Shown here piece by piece: positions 53,901-64,000 of a stretch of DNA of 64,000 nucleotides (within the stretch, counting starts at the first letter, position 1; every line of letters starts with the position of its first letter). The notes beneath the pieces were generated by a model that was not told the DNA's origin, did no database searches, and saw only the letters and a program-made list of their open reading frames with translations. The DNA comes from Antedon mediterranea (lineage: Eukaryota; Animalia; Echinodermata), in NCBI RefSeq assembly GCF_964355755.1, contig NC_092672.1:25860437-25924436 (forward strand), given 5' to 3'. A program made the translations under genes and the position numbers.

Positions 53901-56900
53901 ACCTGTTACTCTTGCATTATTATTAGGCTGACACCATCAGAGTCATCTGGGCAGTAAACAGCATCGATCCTGAGGATTCTGACGACATTATGTATCATAA
54001 CACGTCCCGTGGAGTCCGCTCAATTATCATTCTGGACTCTCAACAAACAAATTTCACATTTCCTAAAGACTACAATTATTTTGAGGGATTTATGCCAAAC
54101 GTAAGTACAATTTCGGAAAGAACATAATATAATAAAGGCCAGTTCTAAACTTGAAAGAAATGGAAGGCTTATAATGCCTACAAAAATAGAGTAAATCAAG
54201 TGGAAAATGTTTTCAAAAAGCTAAATTGGCAAAAATTGTTGGGAGGCAATGTTAGATTGTCTCGGTTGGAGGGAGAGGATATTTAATTTCTGCAAATACT
54301 TTGTAAATGTTTGTGCAAAATATCATATCATTTTCCTTTTCTACGAGTACGTTAGGTGTTTGGTAATGCTGTGTTTGTATTATGTCATTGTACGTTGTTT
54401 TGTGATATCTTAATTTGTTGGCGGTGTTGGTATGCTTCTCATTTTGCAAGAATATGACGTCTGCGTTCAACTTTCTCGCGAAAGCATTATTATTATTTGA
54501 CACATAATCTTTTCTTGTCAGGTGACCGTACCAGACAACAGCGATACAACGTACTGGTGTTATTCATTTGCTGTCCCAACATTTGAAAACCCAGTTCATA
54601 TTTTTCGAGTAAGTAAAGTAAATTGTTTTGCTCGAAACAATTTCAATATCAGGCCAACATATATACATTCCTAAGTTATTATTTAGCGAAATATGAGAAA
54701 ACTAATACAAAACGAACAATAATACATTGTTTTGAATAATAGTTACTGATTAAGCACAAACATAACATACAAACTCAATTTCTTTTTCATGCAGGCGGAA
54801 ACTATTGTTCAAGAGGGTCATGAGTCTTTGGTTCATCACCTACTGGTCTATAGCTGTCGCAGTATGAATATGAACTGGTCTAGTAACTGTTTTTCACCTA
54901 ATATGCCTACAGACTTACGCAATTGCGATCGTCTGGTGTACGGATGGGCTATCGGTGCAGAGGTAATCGATTTAATGTTGTATCAAGGAGGTTTCACAAT
55001 ACTACCAAAACGATAGCGAAACGGATACGAACGAGGCCTGCAGTACGTGTTGCTTCAAGACTGAGAAACTGCTATTTATCAAAATTTACCTGGTATCTAT
55101 GATTAATAATAATTATAATCATAATCTTTTTGATTCAATGCAAAGTGTGAAACATAAATCAAAAACTATTATTCGTTTTGTACTTACGAATGCGACTGGT
55201 AAAAATTGTCAACACTATACGCTTTACGAATATGAAATTGGGATCAGCTCAAAGGTATAACAAATGTGTGATGTATCCGTTTTTGTTATCGTATTCGTAA
55301 TGTTTCAGAACCTTCTTTCGGTATCTTTTATTCATCAAAAAGTATATATATAAACAATTCATGGCAGTATAAACTGAATTGCGAACTGAGTAGTTAAATA
55401 CATTATACAAAATATACAGAATTAAACAAAATGAGCAATATGAAGATTAATACAATAGTTAATTTACGGTACATAGTCAATTAATTCTTTCTATTATTGT
55501 GTCTAAGTCAACGTATAATATGCATAAAGAATATTTGAAAAGAAAGTTTGAAAAAAAAGCAAACTAAAGTACCATTGATGAATGCCGTTTTTAATTTATT
55601 AATTATAAAGTATTAAGATATAAAGTATTCATTCTCTAATTGATAATCATGATTTCCGCATGTACTGTAGCCTTTGAACTTTCCTGAACATGTTGGAATA
55701 TCTCTTGGTAAAGAGAATGATCCTACTGTGTATTTTATCGAGCTTCACTACGACAATCCAGGCCTATCACCAGGTATTTATTTTAAAGTTAGATTTTAAT
55801 TGTTTAATTAAAAGTCATTCAAAATGCTTAAAGTAAATTGTTTCATACGCAGTTTTCCAATGGGTGTGGTGAGTCCAGAAAAGACAACACTTTGTTGTCC
55901 AATATTGGAAAGTGTGTTGTCCATAATATAGCGATAGGTGGCGCTATATTATGTCCAAAATAGAGAAACTGTCATTTTATGAAATCCGATTTCTTAAAAA
56001 ATGGGACAGCGGTCGTAACGCGCGGCGGTGGTAATCTAATACAATGATGGCCGTTAGTACATAGGCGTAGTAGGTCAGCTTAATTAGACCTAGCCAAAAT
56101 ATTAAGTTCCTTGAAGGAAGGTCGGCGTCCTAGTGATATAACCTGGCCCTCTGTTCTTGAAATCGATATTTAAAATAACTTCTAAAATCGAACATTCATA
56201 GTTTATAATATATTTATAATGAAGTACCTTTTACTACATTCCCATAAAATCATCGTGATTTAAGTAACCTCTGTAGTGTTATGACGTAATACGTCTACTC
56301 ATAGGCATACAGTATCCCAGAGTCGCTACGGCAGAACAAACGGCAGAATGCCACTGAACTCGTTTTCAATATTGGCAATTGCGCATTTTTTAAAATCATT
56401 ATGTCATAGGGTATCAGTCGACATTGAAAATGTCTAGTTAACAGCATACTACAGTAGGCCTACTACCCCGCTTTTACAGATTTTCACGACAATTCTGGAG
56501 TCAGGTTTTATTATACGTCCACACTTCGTCAGTACGAGGCAGGTGTGTGGCAATTTGGCGAACTTGTGTCACCATTTCAAGCCATTCCACCAAAAGAACA
56601 ATTATTTAAAACATTTGGAATTTGTTATGGAGATTGTACACGACAGGTAATACTCTTAGGATTAAAACTTCTCTCTTTTATTTTAGTTTAAAAATTAATA
56701 TATTTTATAGAAGGTGTTTATTCATCAATGATATTGATACATACATTCTATTTATATGTTTTGTTTTAGGCCTAGAATCATTATCTTCTATTAGTATTAT
56801 ATTTATAAAACTTGAATGAAGATTGCGCTGTTAAACATTATATGGAAGACAGGAGCGTTTATTTATTGTTGTAATCGTGTAAGGAAGCACAGTAACACGA

Positions 56901-59900
56901 ACTGAGGGTACTACTTCAGAAGAATGTGTTCGCACAAATCGAGTATACGCATGCGTATTCATAACTCAATTATAGATTTTGTCATAAAAAAATGCATAAC
57001 CATAATGTTCAAATTGCAGGAATGAATAGATTTGCCTAATTAAAAACAAATAGTGTTATTTTAATCTTGGTGTTTGGGTTGTACGTAAAATGCCACTTAT
57101 TTTGTAGGTCTGAATACAAGAATTTAAACAATTTATGAAAAAGTTATTGCCAATGACGTTTCTTAAAGTTTAAATCTTATTGGCTTGATATTTGTTTATT
57201 TTGCAAAGGCCTTGGACGTGAACATAAACGGATTTTTTGTATTTTTACATTCTCATCTGGCAGGTAGTAACTTTTATTATTTTAAAAATCAACACAGACA
57301 CAGTTTTACGCCATTCTGAAATATAGATTTCAATTAAGTAACCTTGATGCTCTGTAGTGTATCTAGATTTCTTCGGTAATACAGCATCACATTTTCCCCC
57401 ATGTATTAGTTATAGGTTATAACCTAACATAACCTAACCCTTAATCTAAACTAATTTCATATCACTACCATATTTGGGCACATAAGCACTTTTTCGTCAA
57501 ACTACTTTGATAGCGTCGACAGAGCTTTATTATAAAGTAACAGAGTGCGGTTTTCACTAGCAATAATAAGTGTTTTTAAACATATCTATTTAGGTAGGCA
57601 AATGAAACTTCAACATTATCGAAATGGACATTTGATTGAAGACGTGGGAAGAGATGACAACTATGATTTCAATCTACAAGATGCTCGAGTTTTACAGCCA
57701 GAACGAGTGTTTAAGCCAGTGAGATATACGTCAATTATATAGAAATAATTCGGACCATTTATATAATAATTGCACTACAGTAAAATTATTTAATAATGCA
57801 CGATCGAAAATTGTGTATTTCACTGTAAATCCAAAAATCATGTAATAGTTTACCTTTATAGGCTAAACCATATATTATTGTCACTAATGGAATGTACCGT
57901 ATAGAACGCAGTTTACGCAACAATTCGATGATATGAATTTTAAATCACGTTTCATAAACAATTATTTTATACGTTAAAATCCCACATTTTTGTTTAACCT
58001 TTAAATAATCATAACATTATCAAGACGGGTATTGCTAAATGCTATAAATACAAATTATTTGAATGTTTCTAATATATTTTTAAAGATAAGATAAAAGGTT
58101 GGTATTAATTGTTTATTTTTTACATTGATAGGGTGACGATTTTGTGGTTACGTGTGGCTATAACACAGCAGACAGAGACTCGATTACAAAAGTTAGTGTA
58201 TACAAATCTTTAATGTTTTGAGTGGAATGGATGATTAAAAATGAACTTCTGAATTTAATATTACATATATCTTTATTACTATATGCATTCCACGAAATAC
58301 CTACTGTGTGTCGAAGACTAGGTACTTAAACATTGGTTGGCCGTGGAGTAAAGGTATTATAAACGGTGCACATTTAGATCGGTTCGAATGTGATTGTAAA
58401 TATGATACTTCGCAATAAATCGTCGTGTGAAGGCAGCATCCGGGAAGGATTGGGTTCAATTATGGATCGGTAACTGTGACGTAGATCACCTAACCAATAG
58501 CAAGCAATAGCCAATCACCAGGAAATTATTAAACTCTCCTATTTAAATTGAAGGGTTTATGAGAAAACCGCAGTCAATATTAGTTAAAATAATAGTTAAA
58601 ATCAAATTGTTGCGTTTCTTCTTATTTCTCTTAAGTTGTATTTATTTATTTAACTTTGTTTTACAAGGGTAGCTCAAACAGCTGTACTACAGCAGAAAGC
58701 TGACTGGAAGGGAAAACAATACAAAAATATACAAACGACATTCAAACATAACGATACAAGACTATTTATGACATAACGATATATGACCACAGACATACAG
58801 TATAGTAGCAGAAATACCTTACTACACTAGGTAGAAGTACTATATTAAATTATTATATTTTGTGTTTTCATTTCAGGGCGGCTTAGGAACGAAAGATGAG
58901 ATGTGTGTAGCGTACATATATTACTATCCAAAACAATCTAATGCTGGTGCCTGTCAATCGGTTCCTGATTTGAATGAATTTAATTCTGCATTCAATATGT
59001 AAATAAATTATTCACTAACTCCAATATTAAGCTCATCAGCTGCAAAATTAGGTTACTTTCAATTTGAGGCGACCTGTGACCTTAGGCATTACGTCATTTA
59101 TACAAATTGTCCAGCTATGTAAGTCATTTTAAATGTTAGAAAAACCTCGAATAAATAAATTTTTATACAAGTCTATGAATCTGCAGAAACTCCAGGGACA
59201 TCTTGAAAACGTCTTCATAACATGAGAAAAAAAAACATCTAAACATTTTGTCATTTTAATTTTTTTTCCATTTTTTCCTGAACAACCATACAAAAAAAAA
59301 GACGGAGACATGTCAATGAAAACCAGTAGCTTAGTGCTAACATTTTTCTCTAAAACGAGTTTATCCTTTCTGTCCTAACATCTAACGTAATAGCATAACA
59401 TGATTTTTAAACAATTAACATCTTCTTTACTTGGTAGAGTTTTACCAATCTACATACATGAATTAAAGAAAAAATGTAAGAATAATAACTTTCCTAAAAC
59501 GATCTTGAGGCCGCTTTGAGAACGTTCAGAAAATAATTTAAAAATATCATACAGTCTCAAAAACATTTCAAAATGTCTTACAAACTTCAAAGACAACTAG
59601 AAAAGTATATAATTGTGTACCTTTTAAAATTAACACAATTGTTAATCTATAAACTATTATAAAATTACATTTCACCACATGTATACACCTGTTCTCTTAT
59701 TTATAGTGAATGTGATACTGCTGAGTGTATATACGCCAGGTTATCAGAAATGGACCCAACACTAGTAAGGGAAGGCTTACATAATGTGTCATACAATGGA
59801 AAACGTAATAACTACTGCAGAGATCTAGATTACAATAACATTCCTGTAAGTTGTGATTTTTGACACTTCACAATCCCTCATTTAAAATTTGTTATACAAT

Positions 59901-61133
59901 ATTTTTTTTTTTTATGATTTAATTGCTTTAGTAAAATAAGTAAGTAAATAAATATAAATCTTAAAACTATTTTCACGGAGCCGTTATAGCTGCAATAGCT
60001 ATTAATAGCTATTGATATAACTGAGCCTAATCCGCTAAGTAATCTCTCTCAACTATTAAAAAGAAACGAACAGTAAGGTGGATGGGGTGTGGACGGAGAG
60101 ATCCAGTTCCAGAGGCTCATTTCTATACCAAAAAACTGACTTGCAGAAATTTATTGACATCTTATATATGCTTATATAGCGCCTCCTATAGTTCACGCTT
60201 GCCTTCTTCATCCATCATAATAATGGAGCAAGTAAACGTTAACTTTAGCGGATGACGTTAACAATATACTAATTTGCATAACAGCGTAGTTCACCCAAAT
60301 GTTGCGCAATGTTTTTTTATTTCGCTTCGACGGGAAGTTTAAAACGCAACGCATGTGTCGCGCACGCAACATACGCCGCTCGTATTAAAACACATTTTTG
60401 GAAAATACCTTGGACCTAGATACTAGGCCTAACCCAAGATTGTATAGCGACCCCAAATCTTCTTAACCGTGTGATTTTGAACGGCTGGAATATCTTGCAC
60501 CCAGATTTGATAATATCAAACTATTAGTAAGAATTTGTTTTCCTAAATTTGTGAACATTTGCTAACTATTCCTAACTGTAATTAAAAACATAACTTTAAA
60601 TTTACCATTTGTTTTCTTAATCATTTTGCAGAAATGTAATGATTCTTCGTCGTTGCATATTGGGAAATAGCGTTAAAGTTTACGTTTACGTGCTCCTGCA
60701 AAAACTTCCTTTTATTCTAATCTGTTGCATAAAACTCCCTCTTTTCTTCATTCTTCCATATTTTTAGATAATTGACCAATTTGAGATATATTTTGAATAA
60801 GTTCATGTTCCTTTAAAATCATTCTATAGATCATTAACAACACAAAAGTGCTTTTCAAAATATGATTCAATTCTTTTCAAGCATAGTAGTCTCACGATTA
60901 TTCATTTTCATTGCCCCATCTAAATTACTAATTATTAGGCCTATATTTTTCAGGGAGTTGAATTTTACAAAGATTTTCCTGCTTGGTTTGGTGAAAACGA
61001 TCGTATTGAAGATCAAAATGATGTCTGTAGCCCTACTGGGGTCACCGGAAGTAGCATTTCAATTATGCCTCCTGGATCGATAATGCTGATAATGCTCTTT
61101 TTGGCCAGGACGGTCATCCTGACCATGAAATAA
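50953..61133 (+). CDS. MOXD1: DBH-like monooxygenase (DOMON + copper type II ascorbate-dependent monooxygenase domains), about 598 aa, hydrophobic C-terminus (possible GPI signal)
   Basis: 13 GT-AG, phase-consistent exons: 50953-51222, 53506-53652, 53927-54100, 54522-54608, 54795-54962, 55671-55773, 56480-56646, 57209-57263, 57594-57718, 58132-58191, 58877-58998, 59707-59845, 60954-61133. DOMON motif GYVAIGFSPNGGMPGSDIVVGW; TTYWC; copper ligands VHHLLVY, ELHYDNP, HSHLAG, DEMC; YDFNLQ. Exact orthology (MOXD1 vs MOXD2-like) is not resolved. Confidence 0.93.
60225..60696. mobile_element. MITE family 2 copy b, split by an insertion of about 275 bp (MOXD1 intron 12)
   Basis: TIR ggagcaagtaaacgttaacttta / taaagtttacgtttacgtgctcc; colinear with the 27324 copy except for about 60377-60651. 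Confidence 0.7.
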
Positions 61134-61336
61134 AATAAAAGTATGAGTGAACGCTAACATTGTTCGGAAAAGCAAATTCAAAGACAACCCGAAAAAAATA
61201 ATTTACAATAATTTTCATTTACACAGAAAATCTTTTGAAAATGTTTAATTCAATAGAACGTATATCAAAAAAATAGCTTACTCCGAAATGTTTGCTGCAT
61301 AGAAAACACCGTCACAGACTAAAAAATATACCAATA

Positions 61337-62955
61337 GGATTGGTGAACATCAGTCCAAAATACGCAGATTTTTTTCCAAAATACATCTACTTGAGGGCTC
61401 TATACTATTCAAAAATACTCGAGTCTTTCCAAAATACGTCAACTTGAGGCGCTATTCATCCAAAATACGAGATTTTTCCAAAATACGTCAGTTTTTGGGG
61501 CTGTAGTAATTTTCCAAAATACGTCAATATTATTTTTTTTAAATGGAAACATTATCCAACTTAAATATACGTCAATTTGGGACCACTAGTAATTTTCCAA
61601 AATACGTCAACTTGATGATATATACAATAACAAAATAAATAAATGCTTTTTTTTAATACAGGTCGAGTATTAATGTTTAATGTGTTGTGTCGATATGTGA
61701 GATGGGTTCCGAAAACGGTTAGCACAATAGTAATTCAGCAATATTTGGTCTTACAGTGTTTATCTAACAGTAATGATTAAAAATGAATTCGAATGTTGAT
61801 TGAAAGCTAAAACTAATGTTAGTCATAATGTTTAAGAGACGTCAAAAAGGGCCTACACCTAACGTTATCTGAATGTTTCTAAAAATGTCGAAAACTTAAT
61901 GCTAACATTTAGCTAATATTTTGTGAACGTTGACTTAACATTCTCTAAATGTTGTTTGAACGTTAAACTAACGTTAGTTAACGTTAACGTTATTTTCAAA
62001 CGTTCAAATAATGTAACGATAACATTCAACTAATAATTTGATATTAACATTCTTAACGTTGTGTGAACATTGTTTGAACGTTAAACTAACGTTATAAAAG
62101 GTCTACATTTGAATGTTATTTGAACGTTCTTTCAAACATTAAAAAAACGTAGCAGTAATATTCAACTAACGTTATTTGAACTGTTTGCATTGTTTTCTGG
62201 GATATTATTTCCAATGACAACTACTACAAGACCTATTATCTAATTATGACACAAACTGTGAACTTAAAACTTACCAAAATGGTTCATCATTTCAATGGTG
62301 AAGATACAATGCTCTATAGTATTTTTGAAACAGCCTCGCGGTTTGAGAGTTCGGAAAAAAGTTTGGAAAATTCGCGTTTTTTGGAAAACTTTGCCTTCAA
62401 GTTGGAAGGTATGTCGGAAAACTTTCTTATTATAGAACATTAATAGTGGCCTCAAGTTGAAGTACTTTGGAACAAGTGCCCCATAAATAGACGTAGTTTG
62501 GAGAAATTGCGTATTTAGGGAAATAAATATCGCCCTCAAGTTGACGTATTTTTTTAAAGACTCGCGTATTTTTAATTAGTATAGCGCCCTCAAGTTGACG
62601 TATTTTGGAAAAATTCTGCGTATTTTGTACTGATAGCGCCACAAACAAATTGGTTTTATTTATTTGTTATTGGATGTATCATCAAGTTTTTTTTTAAATT
62701 TTGTATTTTCGAAAATTACTAGTGGTCCCAAATTGACGTATTTTGGAAAATGAATAGCGCCCACGATTTGACGTATTTTGGACAATTCACGTATTTTGGA
62801 TAATTTATAGCGTCCTCAAGTTGACGTATTTTGGAAAGACTCACGTTTTTTGGATTAGTAGAACGCCCTCAAGTTGATGTATTTTTGAAAAAATGATTTC
62901 TACCCATTGAAATATACCCGATCGGACTTTTTTTTGGTGAAATGTTCACCCATCC
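61337..62955. mobile_element. Foldback-type element with tandem subterminal repeats and an AACGTT-rich core
   Basis: The left arm has repeated ttccaaaatacgtcaacttga; the right arm has the reverse complement tcaagttgacgtattttggaa. Ends ggattggtgaacat / atgttcacccatcc; gggaccactagtaattttc (about 61579) is mirrored by gaaaattactagtggtccc (62711). Confidence 0.75.
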
Positions 62956-64000
62956 ATAATCCAAGTTCCATTCACTTTACGTTTTGTTTCTAAAATTTAA
63001 AATAACTGATCAATTTGCAGTCAACCTATTATACAGCACCTTTTATAAAGGCTATTACAACAATAACGCAAATTTAACAATTTATAAAGAGGGCCGGGAA
63101 TGCGAATTAACGACTTTAAACTTGATTACAACTCGTCGTTTGAACAATGGTGATTTACATATAGTCTTGGGATGGAAACAATAATAGGAAAAGTATTGCC
63201 TTGATTGAATTCCTACTACTCGAACATCTTTCCCTAGTTTTACTATACTGTACTAAATTAATAAGACAGTAACACCTTTTCAAAAATCCTAATGCAAGTC
63301 TTCAATTGATAATATTTTAGCATAGATGTGGCCCAGGAACCTTCTATTCCTGGTACGCATCTTTATCCTTTTTTTTTGCCTGTTTTGCAAATTTAATGTA
63401 AAAATACTGATGAAATATTAGTATTCAAATAAATTTAAGTTTTCATATCATATGAATCATTTTTCAAACGTGTCGAGTTTACAGTAGGCTGTTATTAACA
63501 ATAAAAAAACGTGTGTGTCTTCATAAGTTCACCTCCATCTCCCAATTCTTCATTGGAATGCTTGTTCATTGTAATAATAATATTATTCTAATAAACATTT
63601 CTCAATTTGTATAGTCCTAGGCATAGGTTTCCTTTGTTGTTTATGTTAGTTTCAATTGTGTATACTTTGTAGACCGGTAAAATATCATTTGCGATTAGTT
63701 TCACAATAATGCAATTAATTACAGCTCAACTAATACTGTAGCTCAGCAATCATCATATTTCGTCATTGGGAATAGTACATGCTGTACTTAACGATACGAT
63801 ATTACTCAAGCCATTCTTCTTTCGATTTTCGTTCGTTACAATACTTGTAATTTACATTTGCATTTTGAACCATCCAGAATACCACGATGAGCATGCGTTA
63901 TCAAAATGTAAAAGGAAGAGGTCTTTATTCTTGTTCTCAAGCTTAATATATGAATATGAATTCCATATAAGGAAACACCAACACTTGGGAAATAGGTTTT

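Noticed and set aside
62246-62648. Overlapping short ORFs as a transposase
   Set aside because: They derive from the tandem modules of the foldback arm; no DDE motif is seen.

Overview
AT-rich, intron-containing animal genomic DNA; an invertebrate deuterostome, probably an echinoderm, is inferred from a Deu-domain-like SINE and very frequent TAGGCCTA. By reading splice sites and phases by hand I reconstruct five spliced genes. (1) The 5' part of a galactose-3-O-sulfotransferase-family gene on the minus strand, running off the left edge. (2) A divergent, soluble, 5-exon class I HMG-CoA-reductase-fold gene that resembles prokaryotic enzymes and has a remodelled substrate pocket and no catalytic His. 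(3, 4) Two tandem minimal matrix metalloproteinases with no hemopexin domain, a furin site and a degenerate or absent cysteine switch. (5) A 13-exon DBH-like copper monooxygenase (MOXD1 type). Non-coding DNA holds several PIF/Harbinger-type MITEs, a foldback element, a tRNA-derived SINE, a LINE remnant and two minisatellites. The most interesting feature is the HMGR-fold gene, a candidate horizontally acquired and repurposed oxidoreductase or pseudoenzyme. All alignments to known families are by eye from memory; no searches were run.
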